A stretch of DNA of 64,000 bases from the human T2T-CHM13v2.0 reference genome, Homo sapiens (GCF_009914755.1 NC_060935.1); one strand, 5' to 3'; positions 13,222 to 25,970 are shown, counted from the first letter of the stretch. The notes: generated by a model not told the origin, from the letters alone. Program-made: numbers and translations.

Positions 13222-13821
13222 GCTGATTTTTGGGAAGACATAAACACATAGATGTTTTTAATAATATATATGCTTAGGGTTCTAAAGAGTTATGCACAGA
13301 GGGTGGTAGGAACACAGATGAAGGCACAGATAACGCCTTGTTATTTAAGCTGAGTAATAGCGTGGGAGTAGGAGTTTACTAGAAAAAAGGATCTGCGAGA
13401 AGGGCATTCTGAGCCTTTACTGTAAGGCCCCAAATAAAGGCAGAGCTGCAGTAAGTCACCAGGCAGGAACTGGAGCAAACCAGGGCACTCAAGAGGGAAA
13501 TGAGAAGAGCTGGAATGATTCTCACGAGCAGAGCTCCCTGGATCCTGTACCTGTCCCCTACTCCTCAGCTGGGGCCCTGCTCCCAGAGGTTCACCGCTCA
13601 AGACCAGAAGGCCCCCTCTGTGTAGAAAAGAGAAAAAGGGCATTCTGCAACATCACATGGCCCCTGGAAAGTTCCTTTGCTTCCTCATCAACTGTTGCCA
13701 CATGTCTTGCAGAGAGGTCAAACACAGGGTGAGGCATAGGTTTGTTGTTTGGCTGGGGATAGGGGAGCAGGCACAGGTTTGCCTCCTGTCCATGGTGCTG
13801 AACAATCCTTGTGCTGGAGAA

Positions 13822-13989
13822 CAGGGGTGCTCAAAGTGTGGTCTGTAGACACACGGCATCAGGATCCCATGGGAGCTTGTTAGACATGCAGAATCGTGGG
13901 TCCCACCCAGGACTTACAGAATCAGAATCTGCCACTTGTCAGCATCCCAAGGTGATTTGTGTGTACACATTAAAGTCCAAGATGCACTG
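13822..13989. mobile_element. MER5A hAT MITE
   Basis: 'caggggtgctcaaagtgtggtc...gggagcttgttagacatgcagaatc...gaatcagaatctgc...gtacacattaaagt...gcactg'. Confidence 0.85.
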
Positions 13990-13997
13990 CTCAAAGC

Positions 13998-14355
13998 CAG
14001 TGTTTTGAAACTGTAAGTTGCATCCCCTTCATGAGCTGTGAAATTAACTTAGAACATCCAAAAGAGAATTTTGAAAGAAAATAATGAAATAAAATGAAAT
14101 GCAACGGAAAAGAATAACAAATGTTAGAGTTCATCACACTTATTAGGCTGGTGCAAAAGTAATTGCACTTTCTGCTATTACATTTAATGCATTACTTTTC
14201 CTGCCATTACGTTTAATGGCCGAAACTGCAATTACTTTTGCACCAACCTAATAGTAAGAGCAAGTATTGTTACTCTATATATGAGTGTTCTAAGCAGAAC
14301 CTAAAAAGTATTCATTATTAGGAATTGCATTTTCAACAATGTCTGAAAGGTGCTG
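13998..14355. mobile_element. hAT-Charlie-type MITE (MER112-like, subfamily uncertain) split by MADE1
   Basis: 'cagtgttttgaaactg..gttgca...gtgaaattaactt', 'agagttcatcacac-TA-gtaagagcaagtattgtt', end 'tctgaaaggtgctg'. Confidence 0.6.
14143..14251. mobile_element. MADE1 (Hsmar1-derived mariner MITE) with internal duplication, TA target-site duplication
   Basis: TIRs 'ttaggctggtgcaaaagtaattgc' / 'gcaattacttttgcaccaacctaa', flanked by TA at 14141-14142 and 14252-14253; 109 bp versus about 80 bp consensus. Confidence 0.95.
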
Positions 14356-15769
14356 CTTGTTTTTTCCTAATTCTGGGACACTGGTGATTTTTATCCAGTA
14401 TCTCCCAGGATTCTAAGACAGGAGAGGAAGCAGATAGTGGGAGAAATGAGGGTTATAGGTTGATACAAAAAAGAGAATGAAAGATATAAAAACAGATTGA
14501 GAACTGATATAAAAAAAAGAATGAGAGAGTGATACTGAGCCTCCAGGAAATGTATTCACTGAGAGAACAATGGGGAAGGAAAAATATAAACAAGGCTGGT
14601 TTCGACATCTTTTACCAGTTACTACAAAAGAAACAACAGCCAACCATAGCTCAATGATTGAATGAATATCAAATGATGGAAGGAATATGGGTACAGCTTG
14701 GCGAATGTAGGTATGGACAAGTGAGTCTGTGTGGGCTAACAAGCGTACCCAGTTGTACAGAGAAGACTGGGTTGAGTATTACTGTCTGCAGAGTTACTTT
14801 AAAGTGCTCTTGACTTCCTTTTTTATTTCAATGAAATTTTGTAACAATTTACATCACCCTTAGAACAAGTATTGCAGTGAGTTTATATGTTTCGATGTAT
14901 GTTGCTGATTTCATATACTGAGAATTCCCTAATATTTCTGATGGTTTGCTCCCCCAGCCCCAGGAGCAGTGGTAGAAGTGCAGGCGGGCAGGCAAGAGTG
15001 CCTGTGGATTATAGTCAATAGCCCTGGTGTTTTGCTCCTCACCACAGGCAGATTTCTTAGGTTTCTCACTGCCCACCACCAACCAAAAAATTCAGAGGCA
15101 AAACTCTACAGAACTTTGGAAAGAAATAAGCAGAGGTCTCTTTAAAATGCACAAAGATGCTTTGTTCGCTTCAAGGGGTGACAGAACAAAATGTCAAGAG
15201 TAGAAGTGACTCTGTGATTTTTCTTCCTTTCAGAACTGGGCAATGGGAGTTATTAACCTCTTGCCACACGTCTGTTATTTCATTTATACAACACTGTCCT
15301 ACATTTGATTCTGCCTAGGAAATTGGTGTCTAATGGAAGATGACAAAAAGAATGACTTTTAAAATAATTTTCTTCCAGGCTAGCAGTTTATAAAATACTG
15401 AGCTCAATATTCCCACTTTGGGAAATTCTCCATAGAGGGAATGTTATGAGACAAAAAGTTTGTTAACACTCACACACGGTTTCAGCTTCAAGGAAGACAC
15501 AACTCCATGTATCCAAACGTGTTTGTTCTACAAAATGGCAGAATGAAGACCAGCCTATCCTCCATAGTGAGCCATGAAGTCAGCTTGGACACTTTCACTT
15601 TAATAAAAAATGACCAAGTGATATATCTGTAATCTATAAAGGTAATTTTTTCTGGGAAGGGGGGGTCAGGGCGCAGACAGGCTATCTAATTTTTAGGGCC
15701 CTGTTAAGTTCCTCGGAACCCTAAGTTAGTTGTCATGATGCTTGATATGATGAGCAGAGTGGCTGCCTC

Positions 15770-15970
15770 TTACTGGTAGCTATTATGTTCCTGGACTTTT
15801 ATATCTTTATTAAATTCATTTGACAAACAATAGGGTGAGTATTACAATCCTTATTTTCAGAGATCGTAAAATGAAAGGTCAGAGAGGTTTTGTGACCTGC
15901 TCAAGGTCATATGGCATATCAGAATGCCACAAACAGAATCTGAACTGCAGCATGTCTGACCTCAAAACTC
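15770..15970 (-). mobile_element. MIR SINE
   Basis: 'ccttattttcagagatcgtaaaatgaaaggtcagagaggttttgtgacctgctcaaggtcata'. Confidence 0.75.
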
Positions 15971-16692
15971 CAACCAAGTTGACCAAGAGTCAACTCATTG
16001 AACTGCCTTTCTGCCTTAGTTTCAAACGCCCCAATGTCCCAAAATAACCTCTTTCCTATGGGCTTCTGGCTGTTTTCCCAACTTGGCGCTTTCATTTCTC
16101 CGGGTCTTGCATCTGAGTAGGCTGACATTTCCCACTGCTTTTGTCTGTCACTGAGGAATTGTCCTGTGTGGGTGGATGGTCACTCACAGAGAGGGGTCTT
16201 CTGGAAGCCAACTAGCTTTCCATGGTGGCCCAAAATGACATGTGTTTCTCTATTCAGCCAGTGATTGTAAGAAACAGCCTATACTCAAAGAGGGAGAAAT
16301 TCAGTAAAATTCAGCTTTGAAGCTGGATTTCTTTAATATCACAATTTAAGCATTTCTGACACTGGTTGATGCTTAGAGGGAAATAGTGCGCTCTGAGAAA
16401 TGATGATTTAAAAATCTTGATCTGAATACAAAGACAGTCAATACAAATACAGCAACACTTTCCCCAGGGCCTACCGTGTTCCCCACACTGTGAACAGGGG
16501 GGATAAAAAGGCACCAAGGCACTATCCTAAACCATGACATTTACTTACCAGTGAGAAAGCAAACTCACTGAAAATTCTAACTAGAATTCAAGCTAGGAAG
16601 AGACACATTTCAGCTCAATATAATAAAGGATTTTCTTCCCATCAACATTTGTCCAAAAACGAAACAGCCAACCTTATTAATGAATTTTACCC

Positions 16693-17125
16693 ACAGATAT
16701 GCTGGTAAATATTTGACAACTGACTTTCCAGAAGAGGGGAAAAAAAAGGCTTGATTTGTAGTGTTTGCTAATTTCCATGGTGTAAATACTCCAACCATGG
16801 CTGGTTTCAAGCTACCAAGTTGACGTCATTGAAGGTGGAGTTGGAAAGAGATGAGTGATAACAGCCATCATATAGCATTTCCACCTATTTACCTGTTTTA
16901 CACAGGTAAAATAGACATCAGTAACCTCTGGGGTAGAGTATAATGTAGTAAAATAACCAGAAACTGGTGAGTGTCAAGTACTTAGTCCCTTTGTTTTTAA
17001 CATAATTTAAGTGTGAATTTATGCAACTTAATTTTTAATAATGGCTGTTTAATAACTAGCTCACAGAATTCCTGAAAAATTAACACTTGGTTCTCATGAG
17101 CCAGTATGAGGGTCCCCAAAACTCC
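16693..17125 (-). mobile_element. MER63 (hAT-Blackjack) element
   Basis: 'tgctggtaaatatttgacaac...ttccatggtgtaaatactcc..ccatggctggtttcaagctacc...tttttaataatggctgttt...gaattcctgaaaa'. Confidence 0.8.
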
Positions 17126-17269
17126 ATAGAAGAAAACTCCTCTCCATGTTTGGGAGAGGAAGTGGGTGATCTGAATGGATGGCTGTCATGGATGTGATTC
17201 CCTGTCTTTAAGCTGGTCCAATCCAGCCATCAGCCACAGCTATAGCTGCATTATCACTGCTGGTGGCAC

Positions 17270-17500
17270 TTCAGGGCCAACCATGTGCCAGTGAGAGTGC
17301 TGAAAGCTTTGCCTGCATTACCTCATTGATCTTGATGAAGGCCCCATAAGGCAGATTGGAACTAACAGCAACCCCATTTTACAGATGAAGAAACGGAGGC
17401 TTAGACAAATTAAGTAGCTAGCCTAGAGTCATAGAACAGTAAGTGGCAGTGTTCTCGAAATGTTTGACTCCAAATCCCTTTTCCTTAAACCAGGACATTA
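17270..17500 (-). mobile_element. MIR SINE
   Basis: 'ccccattttacagatgaagaaacggaggcttaga'. Confidence 0.85.
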
Positions 17501-18699
17501 CACTTATATAATAAGAAATGCAGTATAGCTACTGGTTCATGTACCTCCATTATCCTTCAGTCAAACTCATTTGTAAAGTATAAAAAAAAGAAGACAGTCT
17601 ATTTCCAGTTACAGGTTTCGGAAAAGGAAATCTGCTCACCCTTATGAATCCAGAAACTTAAATTGAACTCAGAGCACATAAGGGAAGTGTTTAAATGAAC
17701 AGCATGCTCCTTTTTTTGTTTAATAATAAACAGAAAAAACCCTAAAATCTTAAATAGATTCATATAAAATCACCATCTTTGTAAGAAAAAATATAAAGTC
17801 AAGTATGTGCAACTTAATGTTGTTCCACCAAATGGATGATCCTGGGCATGCTGGAAGGACTGCCAGCAACGCGCAGCCTGATCTGAAGCCTTGAGTATCG
17901 ATGCTAACAGATAACAAATGCTTTTCCTTTATCCAGACGATAGCAAAGGGATGAGAAATATGAGCAAACTAGATACCTAATGTGAGCAGGACAACATTAC
18001 CTCTGTGTTGAAAGATGCAAGTGGGTACTGAAGTTTTGTCCCAGTACCTGCCACCACCTTCTCTACTGTGCAGTGAAGAGGAGGATCCCATGCTAAGCCA
18101 GCAGCCCTCCAACCTGTCCGGTCCTGAAGCTCCATCCCTAGTCCCCTTAGTCCACACTAGGTGACCACCACAACTGGGCTTGTAGTTGGTTGACAAGATT
18201 TTCTTATTAGGTAGAGGCTCTACCAGTGATTAATTTGGCTGCAGTGTACCTCCCTCCCTCCATGTGTTTCTCACCTACCTTCTACTGCAGTGGAGGTTCC
18301 TGGCAGGGCAGGAGAACATAGCTCATCGTAGAGCATGGAGAGCCCAGAGCGCATACGCAAGGCACAGTTCATGGGTTCCCCTTCCTCTTCCCTTCTGCAC
18401 CCTCTGACTCCTGAAAACATCCCCAGGAGTGAAACTGGATGCAAGCGTTTGCACTCAGTGTTTACCTGTGGAAGTTTCGGTCACCCACTTAACCAAGATC
18501 CCTGAGCTGTGCATGTTAGTTGCTTTTTCATCATGTCTCCATAGCATGGAATTACTGAGGTACAGCTGCATGATGCAAACTATCTAAATTGTGGGCAATG
18601 GCTCCTGTTGCGACAAACACAGGGTGTGAGGAGGGCTGCCCGGCTTTGGTTGGAGGAATCTTACTTTAAAATCAATCAAAATAGCAGTTGAGAAAGAAA

Positions 18700-19440
18700 T
18701 AATGACGTTGTAAATTTTTTACATAAATGATGTGACAGGTGAGTTATTTCTAGTCCTCACGAGCAGCTCCTCAGGGTAACTATTGCTATCCCACTTCTTG
18801 GATGTGGTAAACTAAGTCTCAGGAAAGTTGAGAAGCTTGTCCAATGTTACACTGCCAGTAAATGGCAGAGCCAGGTTTTAAACTCATGTTTGTTTATATC
18901 CAGAACCCGCATTTTAGCCACATTGCAACTCTGTCTACATAAAAGGGGAAAAAATAATTACTAAGGGCTTATTCTGTGCCGATAATGATGATAAGAATGA
19001 AGATAATGATAATGATAATAATGAAAATAGCTAACACTTACATAGTGATTACAGTGCTCCAGGCACTGCTGAAATTCAGGTTTTCAAATTCTCCCTATAG
19101 CTTTCATTTTAGGGATGAGGAAATTGAGGCTCAGAGAGGCTATACAACCTGCCAAGGCCACAGGGCTAAAAACTGAGCTAGGTGTCTCTGCATAAATGCT
19201 TCTCTTAGCATCCTCTTCTCAATCTTGACAAAAAGGTGGAAGCATCCCTGATTCACAGCTGAGGAAACCGAGGTTTGGAGAAGGTAAGAGATGTGCATTT
19301 ATCCTAGCAATTATTCTATCTCAGAAGTAGAAGGAGGCCTAGCTTCAGGGTTAGTGTACCACTTGCTGGCTGTACAACATTAGACAAGTCCCTTGGCCTC
19401 TCTGTGCCTCAGTTTACTCATGAGGACAGTGAGGGGCTTT
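18700..19440. mobile_element. Cluster of about 4 MIR fragments with an (ATG/ATA)n tract at about 18981-19025
   Basis: Cores 'cattttagggatgaggaaattgaggctcagagagg', 'cagctgaggaaaccgagg', 'ctctctgtgcctcagttt'. Confidence 0.75.
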
Positions 19441-20528
19441 AATCAGGACATCCTTCTTATCTCATCCAGCCTGGACACACCAGGACTCCTGGATACCAAA
19501 ACAACTAATGAGATGTTTCCTACACTAACAGGAGGAGAAAAGTGCTGCCTTCAGACTCAACACATGCATCCCCCACCACCCCGGCTGCTACACTTTCAGG
19601 CAAATAAACAGCCTCAAACGCTTCCCAAATTGCTGCTTAATGCTTCTCCTCAGAGCATGATCTCATTTATGAATCTGCAGAAAGCGTTTACAGCAACACT
19701 GTTGATGGTTCGATGTCCCAAATGATTCATCTGAAAAGGTGATGTAAAAGAGCAGCAAGAAATCACAGGAAAGGGGGAGGGGGCTAACTACCCAATTCTT
19801 TCTGGGAAGGAAAGAGGCAGACATTACCAGAGGAAGCAGGCGATCTCAGTTCAAACAACTCGTCACTGGGTGCCTGTGATGACTTTCTGCACAAGCAGGA
19901 AATCACCAAAAAAAAAAAAAAAAAAAAAAGGGGAGAGAGAACTTGGGACATGCCAAAGGGGCTGACAGAATTTCACGGAGCTTGTTGACATCTCAAAGCA
20001 TAACAAAGATGGAAATGCTGAGTGCAAAACATATCTCAGAGCCATCCCTATCTTAGCTAGTTTGGGTCAGACAAAAGCTTGAGGTATCAGAAGGGCTACG
20101 TATAGATCTCACATTATCAATGACTGTTTGGCCTGTCCCTGTGCATTGTGGGAATATCAAGCTACTTGGAAGAGAAGGCAGAGGTCAGATGCAACAGGGC
20201 AGATGAGGATGTACCATGTCTGGGCCAAAATGGGATTACATAGGGCCTGGAAATCAATGTGAGATCAGTTTCATGTGGACCTTCTGGGACTGGAATTGAT
20301 GTAAATGACAGGAAACAGGGAGGGCTCACCTTGCCTTAACTTCCCTGCACCACCTCCTGCTACATCCCCTCTTGTGACTTACTCCATATCCCTATGTCTT
20401 AGTACTAGCGGTTCCCTCTGTCCAGATGGCCCCTCTGCTGGGCTCCACTGGCAAAGTCTTACTCTTCCCTTCAGCTTTTTCAAGTGACACCTGACTCAGG
20501 AAGCCTCTTTCCCTATGAGGAATGGATT

Positions 20529-20692
20529 CAGGGCCATGCTAATCCACACAGCTGCACAAGGCTAGAGGCTTAAAAGATCCCTATGCCTGGCTTAATATTC
20601 TACTGTTGCTGTCATTAAATTCTTAATTTTTGAAAATGATACTCTGCATTTTCACTGTGCAATGAGTCCTGCAAATTATGTGGCTGGCCCTG
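20529..20692 (+). mobile_element. MER45A (hAT-Tip100)
   Basis: 'cagggcc...aaattcttaatttttgaa...gcattttcactgtgca..cctgcaaattatgtggctggccctg'. Confidence 0.8.
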
Positions 20693-22146
20693 CTCCTACC
20701 CGTTGAGGCTGTGGTCTCACAGCACCTCGTAGGCTCCTTTAGTATAGGATGTGTCACTGTTCTTAGTTATTTGTCTATATCTTTCCACCCTGCTCTAGTG
20801 CCAAGAAAAGAGAGAGATTAAACAGTTAAAAGGAATTCTACACTCTCCCCAAAACACAACACAACAAAAAGCAATTTGGCATAAACATAAAGCAATTTGG
20901 TAGTAGATGAGAAAGGGAAAAAAAAGACAAGCAGGTAATCAAAATTGAGCTTTGAATTAGTTTAATTCTCTTAACATGTAGACCTTGGTTTCTACTGTAT
21001 ATTCCCTAGAAGTCTACAAGGACAATGAAATGTTATTGTTCACACGATTCCATGTTTACTGCATAAAAATAAATCAACTTCTCTGGAGAGGCATATTTAT
21101 TCTTAAAATTGAGAAGAGATACAATTTCTCTTGAGAATCCTCATAAAAAGGACCTTGTAAACCAGAGGGTTTTAACCCAGTACCTTCACCTCCTGAAATA
21201 GTCTACAACATTCAGTGTCTCTTGGGGTGAACACAGTTCTGGAGAAAGCTCCATGGCTGGTGCTGGATTCTCAAATGGGCCTAAGACTCAAAAAGAATTA
21301 AGATTCACTGTGCTGTAATCATGGGCACTCACAGTAGATACTTTGTCATAATGACCTTTAATCCAGGTTAATGTTTCCACAAAGCACAGTTCCACACAAC
21401 AAGTCTTATTGATTTGGTACTGGAAATTTGCTATAATGAAATTATTTGTGTATGGGCCCCTCTTGAGGCAGACACCTTTTTCTTCTAAATCCTGATCCCA
21501 GAAGGCCTAACCCAACACTCAACATATAATCAGCATATAGTAAAATTGGCTAGGCAGCTGGATGAAAGGACAGGTGAATAAGTGAACCAAACTTCTAATA
21601 ATCTACCTGCTCTTCTTTCTACTACAGCATGATGAGGACTGAACACTTGCTCAGAAACGTTGACCCACTCTCTAGCTACATATCTGGTGATAATTCCCTG
21701 GGTTGGGGGACTCAGCAGCAAACTGGGCCTTTCCCAGACCCCTGAGCTTCCTAAAAAAGGTGATGCACCCTCTAGGTCAAGACTTCTCAAGGACTGTGGT
21801 GGTTAATTTTGTGAGTCAACTTGATTAAACTATGGTACCCAATCGCTTGGTCAAACACTAGCCTAGATGTTGCTGTGAAGGTATTTGTGGATGTGATTAA
21901 CATTCACAATCACCTGACTTTAAGTAAAGCAGATTATCTTCCATAATGTGGGTAGATTTCATCCAACTAGGACTTAAAAGACTGAGATTTCCCAAGGAAG
22001 ATGCAATTCTGCCTCAAACTTCAACTTAGAAATCCTTCCTGGGTTTCTAGCTTGCTTGCCCTGCACTGCAGATTTTGGACTTGCCAGTTCCTACAATCGT
22101 GTGAGTCAATTCCATAAAATCAATCAATCTATTTTTCTCCATCCCT

Positions 22147-22222
22147 ATACACACACACACACACACACATATATACACTGACATACATACAGATACACAT
22201 ACATACATAAAGCTACATATAC
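22147..22222. repeat. (CA)n/(TACA)n microsatellite
   Basis: tatacacacacacacacacacacatatatacac... Confidence 0.9.
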
Positions 22223-22223
22223 A

Positions 22224-22876
22224 CAGCCATTGTCCTTCAGTATCCTTGGGGGATTGGTTGCAGGAACACTTCACAGATACCAAGAGCTGTGGATGCTCAA
22301 GTCCGTTATATAAAATGGCATAGTTTTTGCATATAACCTACACACATCTTCCTGTATACTTCAAATCACCTATAGATTATTTATAATGCCTAATATAATG
22401 TAAATACTATATAGTTTTTATACTGTATTTTTTACTCATTATTTTTATTGTTGTGTTATTTCTTATTCCTTTTCCTTTATTTAAAATTTATTGTTATTGT
22501 TTTTAGAGACAGGGTCTCACTCTGTCACCCAGGCTGGAGTGCAGTGGTGAGATCATAGCTCAGTGCAGCCTCAAACTCTTAGGCTCAAGCAATCCTCCTG
22601 CCTTTGTATCCCAAGTAGCCAGGACTATAAGTACATACCACTATGCCCAGCTAATTAAAAAAAAAATGTAGAGATCAGGTCTCGCTATGTTGACCAGGCT
22701 GGTTGGTCTCAAATTCCTTGCCTCAAGTGATCCTCCTGCCTTGGCTGCACAAAATGCTGAGATTACAGACATGAGCCACTGTGCCTGGCTTGTTTCTTTT
22801 TTCAAATATTTTTTGATCCACAGTTGGCTGAGGAACCCATGGATGCATGGAATCCATGGATACAGATGGCCAACTG
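22224..22876 (+). mobile_element. MER2 (Tigger-type MITE), split by Alu
   Basis: 'cagtatccttgggggattggttgcagga...ggatgctcaagtcc.ttatataaaatggcatag' and end 'ccatggatacagatggccaactg-TA'. Confidence 0.85.
22470..22790 (-). mobile_element. AluJ
   Basis: 'agagacagggtctcactctgtcacccaggctggagtgcagtgg..gatcatagctca.tgcagcctcaaact'; heavy CpG decay. Confidence 0.9.
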
Positions 22877-24429
22877 TATGGATATGGATATAGATATAGA
22901 TATAATCACAAATACACATATATATGTGTATATATATGTAGATGTATATATAGATATATAGAGAAAGACACATTCTATTGGTTCTGTTTCCCTGGAGAAC
23001 CCTCTACAGGGGCTAAGAACTCTTGATTATTCTGGGTAGATGACACTGCTGCTGTCCCCCGGAGGCCATCTCCATCAAGGGTTCATAGCAGAGGACACAG
23101 AGAATATCTAAAAGGGAGTTTCCAGAACCAAAATGAGTATTATAAATCAGCTGCTCTGCCTTAGGAGTCAGGTGAAATGGAAGTCAGAAGGGACCACTCC
23201 CAAGAGGCAGGCCCCACCTCTCTGTGCCTTCAGTCCCTTTCAGGGAAATGCCAATGGCCACTCAGCCAGGGACAGGTTTTTCTGAGAAGGAGGATACTGA
23301 AAGGCTCTAGTGGCCCTCCCCCATCTACCAGGATTCAAATAAATTGTTGGAATATTCCAACGTTGGCACGTGGAAGAGAGAGAGAGAGGAAGGATGTTTT
23401 AGGGAAAGGCTGGCAATGGCATCTTTGAGCTGGCTCTGCCCATTCCTGAGAAGTGAGTTCTAACCTGGGCTGGAGGTGTGGGGTCCCCAACCTCCACACT
23501 TTTAATGACTCTTCAAGAGCAGCTGACATCTAGAGGCCCAACACGGGCCATACATAGGCTACCTTCATCCTGTCAAGTGCACTATAAAGGAGGAATGACC
23601 ACATCCATTTTGAGGGAACTTGGAGAAGTGAAGTGGCCAATATGGAATTAGAACTCACAGCTGTTTGAATGAAAAGACCCCAAAATTTCCCCTCTGCCTT
23701 GTCTGCTGTTTGTGTTGTGCTCTGAAAGGAATGCCCCACTGGTATAACCTTGGCTTCACCAGTTACTAGCTGTGTGAGCATGTGAGCATGGGCAGGTAAC
23801 ACAATGTCTCCAAACAGCTGCATCCTCCCCTGTCAAATGCCTCTCTGTCGAGATTAACTGTTAACTGAGATCAGGCTACCCAGTACTCGCTCAGGAAGGC
23901 ATTTAGGCAGTGTTTATTATGAGCAAAGGCTCACTGTAGGAAAGTACCCAGTACCCAGTACTCTACCCAGGCGCTCAGTGAACAGAGGTTATTGTGATCA
24001 TTTTATAATTCACTGGGTCAAAGATACAGATGATTCACCAGATCTCTGTCATGTCTCCACGAGAACACACCCAAATGGCTCCTTAACCCCAGCAGTAGAA
24101 GTTACACCACCACACTCTGCTGCTCCTACCATCCTTAAGAGAGCATGAAACACCAGCTCCATCAGGAAATTTCGCACCAGGGTGGGAGAGCAGGGAAATG
24201 TGAAAATTAGGAACCAAAATCACTTTGTGAACTCATTAAACATGAGCCTGCTCGCATCTCTGCGTGCGTCTCCTGTTCCCGCTTTGGGTTGCATGCCTAT
24301 TATTAACCACCACCCCCAGAGAGCAAACGTGCGCCTTATCCCAGGAACATATTGTGGGGTAAGAGATTTCCTAATATAGTGTGATCAACAAGTTGTTTAA
24401 AAAGTCCCACCTCTCTGAAGTAGAACCTG

Positions 24430-24720
24430 ACTCAAAAACCCTCTTGGGCCCCCCGCGGCCTGCAGAATGAAGTACAAGCTTCTAGACAGTCGTGGAAGGC
24501 CTTTATCATAAGTCCCTAACCCCCTTTCCCCTTGGCTTCCATTTCTCCTATACACATCAACCCAGCCCTGCCAGGCCACCCAAGGTCAACTCAATGACCT
24601 TTCCTACATTGAACCTTTGCTCACAGTGAACACTGCCTAAATGCCTTCCTTGCCTGTATCTTTGCTCCTCAAGTGCTCAAGACACTTCTCAAAGGCTTCC
24701 TTTTCTGCAAAGCAAGCATG
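24430..24720 (+). mobile_element. L2 fragment
   Basis: 'gcctgcagaatgaagtacaagctt', 'aacctttgctcacag...ctgcctaaatgcc'. Confidence 0.5.
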
Positions 24721-25729
24721 GACTCCCCATTCCAAACTAACCTCCCCCTCGCCTAAAGACCCACAGCTCCTCACTCATTTGTCTCTTGCAACACCTGTTG
24801 TATTGCATGGAAAACTGTCACTTTCTTGTATCCTTCCAATATCCTCTTCCTGTCCTGCTCACCACCAGATTCAGGTTGGATTCTCCAATAGCAACCAGGA
24901 ACTAGGTTGGGATTAATAAGCAACCTCTCTCCCCTGAGAATCGCCATATTCTGACACAGAACCATGAAGCTTGGTGTTCCACACTCAGTTCCCATTTAAC
25001 TGAGTCTCTTTGTCCCGTTCCCTAGAGCTTTTTCATGTTCATGGCTGTCTCCTAAGCTAGGCAGACACCTTCTTTTGGGAAGGAACCAGGTCTATTTATC
25101 TCTGTCTCCACACTCCAGTGCCAGGCATATGGTGCATTTTGGTAAACATCTATTCGCCATTATATAAATTAGGAAACAGACTAACAAATGAGTAAAAAAG
25201 AAAGAAAAAACTTGATCAGAAGCTCCTTACGGGCAGAGCCTCATCTCACTTATTTTTCTCTCTCCCTTTAATGCTCTGGCTGCAGAAAGAGCTCAATTAA
25301 ATATATGGTTTGCCCTGAACTGAGTGATACTCAGGACTTGATTCTTAAAACAGAACATTAATCTCCAGAAATGCTCAGACATTTTTCCCCCAGCCTTAGT
25401 AAAGTGAGGTTATATAAGTCAGCCAGAAGGTGAAGCAAAAAGACTGTGTTGACAATTTTAAGTGCCATAGAAATAGATAATTTTAATGGATACAGTATTT
25501 CTACAAAAATAAAACACTATAATTGAGACAGTGGCCCCGGGTTTCATCACTAGATGATAGTGAATTTTAAATTTGAATCAATGAGGAAGGTCTACAAGTC
25601 AATTACCTTTCATTTCACTCCTTTGCAAGAAATGAAGGTTTAGGGCCAATAGCAAAAGTACATTGGAAAGGACCATTTTACAGTTTCTCAATTCATACAT
25701 CACTACCACAACAGATGTTCTCTCTAAAA

Positions 25730-25970
25730 GACATCCATATTTATTAGCTCATTGAATTTAAGTCAATCTTAAAGTTCATAGTGAGTTATGCAACACAGTG
25801 ACTTAAGTTTCATTAACATTCCCATTTTACAGATAAGAAAACTGAGTCTTAGTGACTTGTGCATGTTGCCCCAAATCACTTATAGCGAGATAAAGCAGAG
25901 TCAGAATTGGAAAGCTTTTTTTTTTTTTTTTTTTTTTAACCTCCAAGTCCTGTACCCTTTGCCCCAAACC
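25730..25970 (-). mobile_element. MIR SINE containing a T22 run
   Basis: 'cccattttacagataagaaaactgag'; T22 at 25916-25937. Confidence 0.75.

Larger units (their letters stand above)
21796..23008 (+). mobile_element. MLT2 (ERVL) solo LTR, interrupted by (CA)n, MER2 and Alu
   Basis: Start 'tgtggtggttaattttgtgagtcaacttga', body 'ctagatgttgctgtgaaggtattt', end 'ctattggttctgtttccctggagaaccct..ca'. Confidence 0.9.

Noticed and set aside
16543-16610. 44-nt minus-strand micro-exon candidate (16549-16592)
   Set aside because: Plausible splice signals but no other support
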